From: Macrostomum lignano
Lineage: Eukaryota
Reading direction: 5' to 3'
Length of the DNA stretch: 40,345 nt
Assembly (NCBI GenBank): GCA_002269645.1
Contig: NIVC01004622.1
Location: 1-40,345, forward strand
Below, piece by piece: positions 1 to 33,778 of the stretch. Position 1 is the stretch's first letter. Every line of letters starts with the position of its first letter. The notes under the pieces are model-generated. The model saw only the letters and a list, made by a program, of their open reading frames with translations. It made no database searches and was not told the DNA's origin. The translations under genes and the position numbers were made by a program.

Positions 1-59
1 TTCTCCGCTGCAATTGGCGGCCAGTGCAGTTGCTCTTTTTATATATCGGTTTACGAGTA

Positions 60-310
60 GATCTCTCCTCTATGCGTTCTTAATCTCTCCCTTTGGATCA
101 TTTCTAACTTCTATCTCCTCTCCCCTCTCTCATCTCTCTCCCCTCTCCCCTTCCTCCCTATCCTCTCTCTTTTCAACCTACTCTCCTCTTTATCCTCTCC
201 TCTCTCTTCTCTCTCCTCTTCCCTCCTGTCTCTCTCTCGTCCCATCTCCTCTCGCCTCTCCTTTTTCCTCATCTCTCCTGTCTCGGTTTCTCTTCGTATC
301 CCAATTCTTT
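60..310. repeat. CT-rich low-complexity tract
   Basis: Pyrimidine-dominated degenerate (CTCT)n. Confidence 0.85.
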
Positions 311-404
311 CTCATTCCCCTGTGTCTGCAAAACTTTATAGCAGCTTGGCACACAGTCTAGCTGAATCCTTATGCAGCCGTCAGCATTCCCAATGCACTC
401 TCAC

Positions 405-21999
<21,595 letters not shown>

Positions 22000-23036
22000 A
22001 TTAAATTGTAAGTGGCGATAGTTAATCAAAGTTGTAAAAAATGAGAAATGAATATATCTTTTAAAATCATCCAGTTTCTATGCTAAGGGATACAAAAAAT
22101 AAACATTTGTGAGACAATTAGGAAACAAGTTTTTTTCTTTAATTACAACTGTGCTTAATATACAATACAGAAATATTGTAGCTCTTTTGTTGAAAGTATA
22201 CATCTTTGTTAAAGTAATTACAAGAACTTCGTTACAAAACTTTAAATTTCGTAGAATTTTTTTCTGCCGTGCCACCACTTTGTCTTGGCTTTTGTAATGT
22301 AAAGACATTTGTAATGTCTTTAAGGATTACAAAATACTAATCTCAATAGAACTCTAATGTGTCTGCATTACTAATACTGCATATTTTTACCATCAAGTGG
22401 CTGTTAACTTTAATAACTTGATTTTATTCCGTTTTTCTTACAGCTTACTATTTTTATCTAGTATAGGCCTAATTAGTAATCTAGCTCTAGCTACAGTTTC
22501 TACTTGACGATAATTAGCTAGGCATTAGACAATAAGAGCTTCAGATAGCTATTTCAGTAGCTCCATTGATTTTAATTTAACTTTGGACATAGATAGAGTT
22601 TAGCTATGGTATAGACTATATTGTATTGAATTAACTTTGTTTGATATTTATCTTACCCTTATATTATATATTTTATATTTTTATATATTATATATCCATA
22701 TACTAAAAATGAAAATCTTGCTTGCTTGCTTGTACGAAATTTTTATCTTATCCTTCTATATTCTTAATAGGTTTTTTCGACTTAAAATCAAGCCAAATAA
22801 TTAATTTTTGTATAATAGCACAAAAATTTAAAATGAGCCTTTAATTTGACCTTTATTACAGTTTTAATATATAATCTATTGGCCTATCAGCTATCATAGT
22901 ATTTATTTTTAGGATTAGTATACCTATTTTCATTTTTAGTATATTCTGATATCCTTATTTGATAATTTTCTACTTAATCTTTTATAAAAAATACTTAGAC
23001 TAAGTCTCAGTATATAAAAAAGTTCTTTATTATTGC

Positions 23037-23935
23037 CAGTGCTAGGCAGGTTAATCAATTTTTTTAACTCATTAAAAGTTAAAAAGTTAATTAAATTGCT
23101 CCAAAAAAATTAACTGTAACTAGTTAAATATTTAACTTTTGCCAAAAATGTAACTTCTGAAAAGTTAAAAGTTAAAGTTAATTCCTATTTCCCTAATGGA
23201 AAAAGTGACATTTTCCCAGACATGTCCAGCGCGTTTTTTAAATTTCAGGTCGGCAGCTGTCGGCAGCTGCGCAGCTGTGGCCAGGTTGCAGCGTGCGGCG
23301 GTGCAATGCAGCGCAGAAGGTCGTGCAGCGGCGCAGGAAGTTGCACGGCAGCACAGGAGGTTGCGCGGCGGTGCAGGAAGTCGCGCAGCGGTGCAGGAAG
23401 TTGCGCGGCGGTGCGACATGGCGCAGTATGGTGCAACGCGACAAGGAAATATCTATGCAGTGCGATGCAGAGCAGCGCAACAGGAAAGGCAGAATCATTA
23501 CATGTATACAACAATAACTTCTAGTAGACCTTGGGTAGAAATAATAGTTGAAGATTCCAGAATCTTCCAGAATATTCTATACATTAAAACTTGTAACTGA
23601 AATAATATACATGTAATAGTTTGGAACACGTTAAATAATGCTTAGAAAGGCAAAGTTATTTTATGTATGTATTAAATTTACTTTTTAATGGAATACAAGC
23701 TGTTGAAACCCGTGGATTTTGAACCCAGGGAACTCCATTTCCCGGAATTATTAACTTTTGTCATTTAACTTTAACTTACAGAAAAAATTTAACAATTTTT
23801 GTTAATTAGTTAATACATAAAAAAATTAATGAAATTTAATGATTTTTAAAAAAAATTAACTAGTTAATTGACTAGTTAAACAATTAACTAGTTAACTAAC
23901 TAGTTAAACAATTAACTAGTTAACGCCCAGCACTG
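23037..23935. mobile_element. Non-autonomous hAT-like element (MITE), 899 bp
   Basis: TIR CAGTGCTAGGC / GCCCAGCACTG (1 mismatch); 8-bp TSD ATTATTGC at 23029-23036 and 23936-23943; TTAACTAG subterminal arrays. Confidence 0.88.
23696..23751 (-). mobile_element. Isolated Helitron 3'-end fragment inside the hAT MITE
   Basis: CAAGCTGTTGAAACCCGTGGATTTTGAACC matches the termini at 38081 and (reverse complement) 36131. Confidence 0.65.
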
Positions 23936-24005
23936 ATTATTGCAGAAAAAGTCAAGTAATAACATTTTTATCAAAACCTATTTAGAATAGGATTTAGGAA
24001 TCAAG

Positions 24006-24300
24006 CATACATGCACAATAGTTGGCCAAGTTGGCTGATCCGGCTGACTGATTTGGTGGCCAACCAAGGTAAGTCACAAAAATGCCCACCCGAATAAATA
24101 CCCAAGTAGTACTAAGTAGATAATGAGGCATTTTGCCTTAATAAGACAGTTATAAGTTACTCCTGCCATTCATCAAAAGTTGTTAATTTTGCTTAAGGGT
24201 TTGTTTTACTTGTAAGTTGCATTTTTGGCCAAAAACTGTCATATTTTTTGTTAAAACTAAGTTGCATGGCCAACTGAATTTAGGAGGTTGTGCATGTATG
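24006..24300. mobile_element. 295-bp MITE, CA...TG ends, 8-bp TSD (P or hAT superfamily)
   Basis: Perfect 13-bp TIR CATACATGCACAA; TSD GAATCAAG at 23998-24005 and 24301-24308. Confidence 0.88.
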
Positions 24301-24639
24301 GAATCAAGTCTAGTTTTAAAAGATAAAAGGTTCAAATCCAACTACTGCACAGATGTACAACTTTAGGATTCACTTATGCTAGTATATTTTGGCAATACAT
24401 TATATAATATCTAGTAAGATTGAGGCCTATATATAAAATTAGAAGTAAACCAAGTAAACCAATTTTATCTACTTCAAGTAAATAACAATATCTATATGCA
24501 ATTTCATTAGTTTATATGAGAGATAAACTATTTAATCATTGAGTCTATTATTTCTTTTTTATATTGAAATTCTTAAAGGTGTTTAAAATTCAAAATGAAA
24601 CCACAGAAAAATTATATAATAATGCAAAAAAATTTTCAG

Positions 24640-27602
24640 GCTACCAGACTGAAGACTAGTGATAGTGCTACCAGGGGTGACCCTGAAACTGATTCACTAC
24701 TCTCAAACCTGAGTGAAGCTGACCTTGCTGCCCAGCTCAGCCGAGTACGGGCTGACCTTCACTTGGCCACTGCTCTGCTCCGTCGCTGCCATCTTCAGGT
24801 TGGCAATGAAGAAAAGCCAAACTTTACTAGCCGAGCCCAGCTCAATCGAACCATTCAAAGCCTGTCAGCTCGAGAGCGTCGATGCATTCAATTGTTGAAT
24901 CGGCAGCAAGGATCTCGACAGACTACTCAATCCAATAAAGCTTACCGCAGCCCCCCGCTGAGCAATCTAGCTGGTCTGAGACAGCCCCAGCCTACTCGTA
25001 GTAGTAAACAGCGTAGACGAAAACATATTGACACTGAAGTAGACGAAATTGAACTACTTAGTCGACAGTTACTACTTGGCTGTCTAATTCGTTGTCGATC
25101 CTTGCTAGCGGAGCATCAAACAGTGATTGACAGGCTGTCTGGTCACGTGAAACAATTAACTCATTCGGCTAGATTTTGTTACTCTTTAGGTAAACGGCAG
25201 GAGTAACTATACTTGTTTTTCGAATCTAGAATGCCTCGTCATCTAATTAGTGGATTACATTTTGTTTTCAGATTTCGACAAGAAAGTACAAAAGCCCAGC
25301 AGAGCCGATTTGGGCACGCAGACATCTGACAACTGGCATCAATCAGCTGGCAATGCCGACAAATCCGATACCGGCTCGACTGATACCGACACAGAAGACT
25401 CAGATAGTCGAAGTAGCGGCAGTTATACGTTTATGGAGACCGCAGATCGAGTGCTGACGGAGCGTCGGCGTCTGACGGATGAACGGCGACAGCGGCTGGT
25501 TGACGCCAGCGACGAGCGGGCCAGGCGAGGGCGGCCCAATGACGGGGCCCAGGAGGGTGCGTTAGAAGATCCTGGTGGAGTGGTTCGCCAGGGGCTGTTG
25601 TGTCTGTCAATTGTGGCCATCGGTTTCTTGGATTGGTTGCTAATCTGAGTCTTTGTCTCAGAAGCTTAATCTGAGTCTTTGTCTCAGAAGCTTAATCTGA
25701 GTCTTTATCTTAATGGCTAACCTGAGTCTTTGTCTCAGTTGCTAATCTGAGTCATTGTTTGAGTAGCTTAATCTGAGTCTTTGTCTCAGTAGCTTAATCA
25801 AGACTGTCTCAATGGCTAATCTGAGTCTTAATCGCAATGGCTAATCTGAGTCTTTGTCTCAGTAACTAATTTGAGTCTTTGTCTCAGTAGCTTAATTCGA
25901 GTCTTTATCTTAATGGCTAATCTGAGTCTTTGTTTCAGTAGCTTAATCTAATTCTTTGTCTCAATGGCTAATCTGAGTCTTAATTGCAATGGCTAATCTA
26001 AGTATTTGTCTCAGTAGCTAATTTGAGTCTTTGTCTCAGTAGCTTAATCCGTGTCTTTATCTTAATGGCTAATCTGAGTCTTTACTCAGTGGATAATCTG
26101 AGTCTTTGTTTCAGTAGCTTAATCTAAGTCTTTGTCTTTGTGGCTAATCTGAGTCTCTGTTTCAGTAGCTTAATCTGAGTCTTTGTTTTGTTAGCTATTC
26201 TATTGTCTTCGTCCAATCACCCTCACCAAGCTATAAAGCCTCAACTGTAGCACCCATCCCCTCTCATTTCTACACGCGTTCTCAGGCGAAGAAATCGATC
26301 GCCGAGTTGGGGACTTAATCCGCCAACTGATCCCAATACTGGGATCTCGCTTTGTCAGCGGCACGGTAATCTCTGCGAAATTCTTGGCCTGGCTCAGCGG
26401 GATTGTGCTGGAACTGTTGGACAAGCAGCAGCCGCAGGCTGGTAGCGATTTTAAGGGACAATTGCCCCGACTTTTATTCGACTTTTGTGGCCGAAATATC
26501 GATAATTGTTTAGAAGATTTACTGCTAAGTTTGTCTGACGCTGTGTACAGCGAGCTGGCCTTCAGACAGCTGCTGGGTCGCATTGGGGAGGCGGTGAGTT
26601 AGCAGCTAATTACCTCTCGATAATTAGCATCTAGATAAACCTTGAGAATCTTGCGTCTAAATACCCCAATCGAGAATCGGCATCTAAATACCCCGATAAT
26701 ACCCCAATCAAGAACCGGCATCTAAATACCCCGTTCAAGAATCGGCATCTAAAAATACCATGATCGAGAATCGGCATCTAAATACCCCAATCGAGAATCA
26801 GCATCTAAATACCCCAATCGAGAATCAGCATCTAAATACCCCAATCGAGAATCAGCATCTAAATACCCCAATCGAGAATCAGCATCTAAATACCCCAATC
26901 GAGAATCCACATCTAAATACCCCAATCGAGAATCAGCATCTAAATACCCCAATCGAGAATCAGCATCTAAATACCCCAATCTAGAATCAGCATCTAAATA
27001 CCCCAATCGAGAATTAGCATCTAAATACCCCTTGAGAATCTGCCTCTAAATACCCCAATCGAGTATCAGCATTTAAATACCCCGTTCCAGAATCCGCATC
27101 TAAAAATACCCCAATCGAGAATCCGCATCTAAATACCCCAATCGAGAATCAGCATCTAAATACCCCAATCGAGAATCCGCATCTAAATACTCCAATCGAG
27201 AATCAGCATCTAAATACCCCAATCGAGAATCAGCATCTAAATACCCCAATCGAGAATCAGCATCTAAATACCCCAATCGAGAATCAGCATCTAAATACCC
27301 CAATAGAGAACCAGCATCTAAATACCCCAATAGAACCAGCATCTAAATACCCCCAAAACACGCCCCTATTCTATAAAAAATGCCCTGTTAACCTGTAAGC
27401 TGATTTATAACAATAAACTATACTTTTCATATTAGTTTTACTTAAAGAAACTGAGAGTTTCGCTGAATTAATAATTCATAATTGCATGCAATTCCAGCAG
27501 CAGTCGGACACTCAGAGCGACCTGGCTAGTCGAGACTTTCGTCCGCATTGGTGGATCAGTGCTTTGGACAGCGATGGGAATATTTGCGAGTCGAGCTGTT
27601 GA
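24640..27602 (+). CDS. Uncharacterised multi-exon protein (helical and Ser/Asp-rich segments); start codon not located
   Basis: Phase-compatible exons 24640-25189 (0 to 1), 25272-25556 (1-1), 26286-26593 (1 to 0), 27498-27602 (TGA); canonical splice sites; no motif recognised; last exon frame uncertain. Confidence 0.7.
25640..26195. repeat. 26-27-bp minisatellite
   Basis: TAATCTGAGTCTTTGTCTCAGTAGCT. Confidence 0.92.
26620..27355. repeat. 27-bp minisatellite
   Basis: GCATCTAAATACCCCAATCGAGAATCA. Confidence 0.95.
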
Positions 27603-27719
27603 AAAAATACACATCTACTCTTTTTGAATTCCAACTCGTTTCGAAAGTTTGCGTTAAGTCTGGGGTCGGCAAACTCCGGCTCGTGGGTCTCATGGGTCCT
27701 TTTAAACTTAACAATAGTA

Positions 27720-27950
27720 ATCCCGTCCTCTCAAGGTTTGTCTCTTCTCAGATCTCTTCTCTCACAGTATCCTCTCTCCCAAATCTCATCTTCTTTCCCT
27801 TCTCTCCTGTCTCCCATGTCTCCTCTTCTTTCCCTTCTCTCCTGTCTCCCCTCTCCTCTTCTTTTCCTTCTCTCCTCTCTCCCCTCTCCTCTTCTTTCCA
27901 TTCTCTCCTCTCCCCTTTCTTCTCTTCTCTTCCTTCTCTCTTCTTCCTTG
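27720..27950. repeat. CT-rich low-complexity tract
   Basis: Pyrimidine-dominated. Confidence 0.8.
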
Positions 27951-28529
27951 ATATCTGGCGCTATCAAAAATTTTCCGACCCCTACTATAAGTAGACTGAC
28001 TTATCAATCTTTATTCGATTTTTTTCTGTAAAAAACTACGCAAATTTTTGCTTAATGCCACTGTTAGTAGCGTGTTAAAACCTTTTTGTGTTTTTTTGAT
28101 ATTTTCTTGAAAAGGGCATTACCAGTTTTTATCTATGTTCCATTTTTATATTATAAAACTCAATGTAGTGTGATTTCAACTATGTAAATTATCGTATTCA
28201 TTAGTTACAGCTCTTAGTCTTAGTACTTTTATTACAGTATTCTGTCTATATGACCTTTATTGTTCTTTTAGAATGTTTATACTAAAGAGAAAGCACGTTT
28301 TGCTTAAACACCGGTAGTTTTTTGTAACGATTGCGTCTTTTTCCACAGGTCACAATTCCGCGTCATAATTCAACTGAAAATATATGAATATTATATGGAA
28401 TATATTTAGTTGCAAAGTCCCTTTATAAAATACTTATTTCTAGTAGCATTGGGTTTGAGGCCGCGTTTTAGTGACCAAAATTTAGGGATTGTAAATCTTT
28501 TTAAAGGACTAAAATATTGGAAATGTAAG

Positions 28530-29555
28530 GACTACAATCTAGGGGATTTGAGGACCACAATCTAGGGATTTGAGGACCAAAATCTAAGAGATTTAAGGAC
28601 CACAATCTAGGGGATTTAAGGATCACAATCTAGGGGATTTGAGGACCGCAATCTAGGGGATTTGAGGCCACAATCTAGGGGATTTAAGGATCACAATCTA
28701 GGGGATTTGAGGACCGCAATCTAGGGGATTTGAGGCCACAATCTAGGGGATTTAAGGATCACAATCTAGGGGATTTGAGGACCGCAATCTAGGGGATTTG
28801 AGGCCACAATCTAGGGGCTTGGAGGACCACAATCTAGGGGATTTAAGGACCACAATCTAGGGGATTGAAGGACCACAATCTAGGGGATTTAAGGACCACA
28901 ATCTAGGGGATTGAAGGACCACAATCTAGGGGATTTAAGGACCACAATCTAGGGGCTTGGAGGACCACAATCTAGGGGATTTAAGGACCACAATCTAAGG
29001 GCTTGGAGGACCACAATCTAGGGGATTTGAGGACCACAATCTAGGGATTTGAGGACCAAAATCTAAGAGATTTAAGGACCACAATCTAGGGGATTTAAGG
29101 ATCACAATCTAGGGGATTTGAGGACCGCAATCTAGGGGATTTGAGGCCACAATCTAGGGGATTTAAGGATCACAATCTAGGGGATTTGAGGACCGCAATC
29201 AAGGGGATTTGAGGCCACAATCTAGGGGCTTGGAGGACCACAATCTAGGGGATTTAAGGACCACAATCTAGGGGATTGAAGGACCACAATCTAGGGGATT
29301 TAAGGACCACAATCTAGGGGATTTAAGGACCACAATCTAGGGGCTTGGAGGACCACAATCTAGGGGATTTAAGGACCACAATCTAAGGGCTTGGAGGACC
29401 ACAATCTAGGGGATTTGAGGACCGCAATCTAGGGGATTGAAGGACCACAATCTAGGGGATTGAAGGACCACAATCTAGGGGATTTGAGGACCACAATCTA
29501 GGGGATTTGAGGACCACTGTGCATGGGGGTTTAGTGCCACAATCTAGGGGATTTC
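28530..29555. repeat. 22-23-bp minisatellite with higher-order repetition
   Basis: ACCACAATCTAGGGGATTTAAGG; the variant order at about 28545-29030 recurs at about 29030-29420. Confidence 0.95.
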
Positions 29556-29640
29556 CCTGTTCTAGCTAGTTTCAGAAAATAAGGAAATTAAAATTTAACA
29601 ATGTGATAGATACTGCAGCTACCCGCGAGTCCCCCAGACA

Positions 29641-31016
29641 ATGCCCGCTAGAAATTTGCTCCGCCTTACGCTTGTCGCGCGCCGTTCCGTGTCCACCGCC
29701 TCGGCCAGTCAGCTTGGCTTCATCGGCCTTGGCAACATGGGCGCGTCCATGGCAACTAATTTGGCTAAAGCCGGGCATCAAGTTCGAGTATTCGACGTTA
29801 GTCGAGCCGCTATTGACGCCGTTGTGGCTGGTAGCGAAGGTCGCGCCTCGGTCGCTTCGAGCGCCAACGAAGTCGTGCCTGGCGCCAGCGCCGTTGTCAC
29901 CATGCTGCCAAGCTCGAAGGAGGTCACTCAGATTTACAGCGGATCCGATGGCCTCCTGGCTGCCAGCAAAGGCAATGGCACCCTGTTTATTGACAGCACC
30001 ACTGGCGAGCCGGGCGTGTGCGAGAAGGTAAAGATTGCCTACACAGATTTTTTTATTTTCAATATCGTCATCTTACTACTTATGACAGTAGGCGAGTAAC
30101 GCATATTCATCTACATTAATGGTTTTATTTTCAATATCGTCATCTTACTACTTATGACAGTAGGCGAGTAACGTATATTTATGTACATCAACAGTTTTAT
30201 TTTCAATATCGTCATCTTACTACTTATGACAGTAGACAAGTAACGTTTATTTATGCATATTAACTGTTTTTTTATTATCGTCATCTTACTACTTATGACA
30301 GTAGGCAAGGAGCAGATTTTATTGATATTTTGCTTAAAATATTCTAAAACTGATTTTATTACTAGTTCAGTAGGCCAGTATAGAATTTTTTATATTTTTT
30401 TACAAATTCTTTCAAAATTCAGATTGCCGAAGAGGCGCAACAGGCTGGCGCGGTGTACATCGACGCCCCAGTCAGCGGTGGCGTTGTGGCAGCAAAAAAT
30501 GCCCAGCTAACATTCATGTGCGGCGGCCCGAAGTCGGCATTCGATATCGCCGCGCCGTTGCTAGCCGCGATGGGTAAAAAATCAATTCACTGCGGCGATA
30601 AAGTGGGCAGCGGAGAAGCCGCCAAAATCTGCAATAATATGCTTCTAGCCGTCTCAATGCTGGGGACATGCGAAGCAATGGCTCTTGGCAAGCACCTGGG
30701 CTTGAACCCTAATAACCTAGCTGAGGTACTCAACGCCAGTTCCGGTAGGTGCTGGAGCTCGGAGGTGTACAACCCCGTGCCAGGAGTTGTGCCAGGCGTG
30801 CCATCGTCCAGAGACTACGACGGCGGCTTCTTGTGCGCCCTGATGCTGAAAGATCTGAGATTGGCCCAGGCGGCCGCCGCTCAGAATCAGGTGTCAACCG
30901 TGATGGGCGGGCTGGCATGTCAGATCTACAGTCTGATGTGCGCTCATGGCTTGGCCGCCAAGGACTTCTCTGTGTTCTATAAGTTTCTGCAGGACCAGCA
31001 GAACAAGTCTAATTAA
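29641..31016 (+). CDS. HIBADH: 3-hydroxyisobutyrate dehydrogenase, mitochondrial (326 aa; exons 29641-30027 and 30423-31016)
   Basis: GFIGLGNMG Rossmann motif, DAPVSGG, AKICNNMLL catalytic-Lys motif, SSGRCWSSEVYNPVPG; Arg-rich N-terminal presequence; phase-0 GT-AG intron 30028-30422. Confidence 0.95.
30050..30310. repeat. 72-bp tandem repeat in the HIBADH intron, about 3.5 copies
   Basis: AATATCGTCATCTTACTACTTATGACAGTAG at 30061, 30133, 30205. Confidence 0.92.
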
Positions 31017-31094
31017 CAATGTTGCCATTTTCAATTCATTAATTACCCACTTTAACTCTCATCTCTGAACTGGTACTGTGTTTTTAAAGATTAA

Positions 31095-31665
31095 AAAATG
31101 TGTCCGTCTGGTTGATTCTGATTGGTTGGGGAGGTGACTCACTGATTGGTTGGGGAGGTGACTCACTGATTGGTTGGGGAGGTGACTCTCTGATTGGTTG
31201 GGGAGATGACTCTCTGATTGGTTGGGGAGATGACTCTCTGATTGGTTGGGGAGATGACTCACTGATTGGTTGGGGAGGTGACTCACTGATTGGTTGGGGA
31301 GATGACTCTCTGATTGGTTGGGGAGATGACTCTCTGATTGGTTGGGGAGATGACTCTCTGATTGGTTGGGGAGATGACTCTCTGATTGGTTGGGGAGATG
31401 ACTCTCTGATTGGTTGGGGAGATGACTCTCTGATTGGTTGGGGAGATGACTCTCTGATTGGTTGGGGAGATGACTCTCTGATTGGTTGGGGAGATGACTC
31501 ACTGATTGGTTAGGGAGATGACTCTCTGATTGGTTGGGGAGATGACTCTCTGATTGGTTGGGGAGATGACTCTCTGATTGGTTGGGGAGATGACTCTCTG
31601 ATTGGCTGCTGAGATGACTCTTTGATTGGTTGGGGAGATGACTCTCTGATTGGTTGGGGAGACGA
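31095..31665. repeat. 24-bp minisatellite
   Basis: TGATTGGTTGGGGAGATGACTCTC. Confidence 0.96.
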
Positions 31666-33752
31666 ATCAATGTTTAAACACAGATAGTTGTTATTAATTA
31701 ATTTAGTAATCTTGTCAGTTTTGTTTTTTATATCTGGAGCGCTAGGATCAAGTTGTTAAGCTATATTTTTCTTGTTCTAAAAGAAGTACTTTGCCAATTT
31801 AAAACTTCTTCACATTTATTTTCTAGCTAATCCTATTTTACCGTCGAAACATTCGTTAAATTTAAGTTTCTGAAATAATCTCCTTCCTTTTTGTTTTTTT
31901 CGGTGTTCTACCATTACCATACCATACTAACACATTTTACAACAGTGACTTTACTTACTCAGTAGTAGCTGCTATAGATTTTTATCATCGTATTCTATTT
32001 GAGGTTTATATGTCATAATAATATATCTAAGATATATGATATAATAATTCCAACTGTACTTGTATTCAAATATTTGTATACTCCAATATTATATAAGAAA
32101 AATATAGAATTTATTAAATTAACAAGCATAAATTTTACTTGAAAAATCTGCCCTTGATTTGTGAATTGTTTGCTTTCACAACCATGGTCTGGTCACGTGC
32201 TTCAAGTTTAAAACCTTTTCCTGACTAGCCTACTATACCAACACATCCGTTCCCGATGGCTTGGACCGAAATCGTGCCATAGACATTTTTTGCGCTCCAC
32301 GATGAGACTGATGGCACTGATGATCTCGTGCCAAGCCAGCAAAACCGCACCCGACTGACGATTACGAGTTATTTATAGTTTATGTTCGCATCACCTTTCC
32401 CGAAGATAGCACAGCCATTGCAGACTGATATGGACCGTTTTCGTGCCATGGTTTTTGTCGAAAGACAAAAATCTTTTTTTCAATAGATAGAGCAGAACGT
32501 AATAGGGAATTGTGCATATCTCTCAATCTCTACCTATAAAAATCAAAACTCTGTCTGTCTGTCTGTGGACAAATTACTTCGCTATGGACTCCCAAACCGC
32601 TCAACCAAATTACACCAAACTTTACACCCACCCTAAACTTACTACGGAGAATGTCTTAGGCTACCTTTAAATTTCCTAAATTTGAGTCTTCCTACCTAAA
32701 AGTACAAAAAACTGCTCAAAATGCGCGATTTTTTCACTTAATCCTCCATAGCGCCGCTCCACTTCTACCGATCCTCTTCAAATTTGACACAATCAATTTT
32801 CAACTATTTTGACACAATCGTGTAAAATTTCGAGTCTCAAAGTTAATCCTGAACGGCGCTGTGCACTTTTAAAGTTTGGCTGTTTTTTTCAGCGAGACAG
32901 CCACCCCAACCTCCGCCCGCCTGCCTTTCTTTCTTTCTTGGATGGGAAGATGGATAAGACTAGGCAAAAAGCGATACGATGATAATCTGATTCAGCATAG
33001 TTTGTAACACTAAGCATTGACTTCAAATTAGCACATTTTGTAACTGCAGCCTATCTAAAGGCAAAGCAATGCCAAAGAAAAGATTGTGTTTCACTGCTCA
33101 GCTCATGGAGATCTACAAGGCAAAGCAATGCGGCTGAAGCAGGAACATCACATAGCACAGAGGAAGCAGACAACACAGGTAGCTCTGCCAGGCCCCTCCT
33201 CAGCAGGGAGGTCTGGACGATGCCGGCCCAGCCTTTGATTTTGAATCAGACGACGCGGCAGCTGAAGATTTGGATGATGCCGAATCAGATTGTTACGATA
33301 TTGGTAGTAGCGATCGGCGCTGGCTCGATGCCAACAGTGCCGCGGTTGAGGAGGACTCACCGACGAAGACGGATGCGAAGACTTCGACGAGGATGCGCAC
33401 TTTGATGGTGCCGAAGACGGTTGTGGAGATTTGGAATATTTTCCCGCGATGTAACTGCTCAAGTAAGACTTTCATTTTTCGCTAACGACCGGCCTTCAAA
33501 AAAACTATCAAGAAACGAAACCACCCCAACCTCGCCCGCCTGCTCTCTTTCCCGATACGATCTGGGCCCAGATGTGTTTTTCAAAATTGACTAATTTCAC
33601 CATAAGTTTGCTCCCGTAAAGTTGAAAACTTGACAAATTGACTATTCTCTATCTAAATGTAACAACGAACTCAAAAAAAGAAATGTAAGCATGTGAAGCC
33701 GTTGTTTGTGACTCACTCACTCATTCCCCAGAGCCAGACGAAGGGTCAGGCG

Positions 33753-33778
33753 CATAGATAAGGTATACTTTATCTATG
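33753..33778. mobile_element. 26-bp palindromic transposon remnant (excision-footprint-like)
   Basis: CATAGATAAGGTATACTTTATCTATG flanked by 8-bp direct repeat GTCAGGCG (33745-33752, 33779-33786). Confidence 0.75.

Noticed and set aside
22079-22093. RFX X-box-like GTATCCCTTAGCATA upstream of CFAP43
   Set aside because: Several mismatches to GTNRCC-N0-3-RGYAAC; cannot be distinguished from chance without comparative data.
29641-31016. HIBADH as a horizontally acquired bacterial mmsB
   Set aside because: It has a spliceosomal intron and a mitochondrial-type presequence; a low intron count alone is not evidence of transfer.
32290-32350. C/D-box snoRNA-like words (TGATGA, CTGA)
   Set aside because: No terminal stem or recognisable guide; intergenic; such short words occur by chance.
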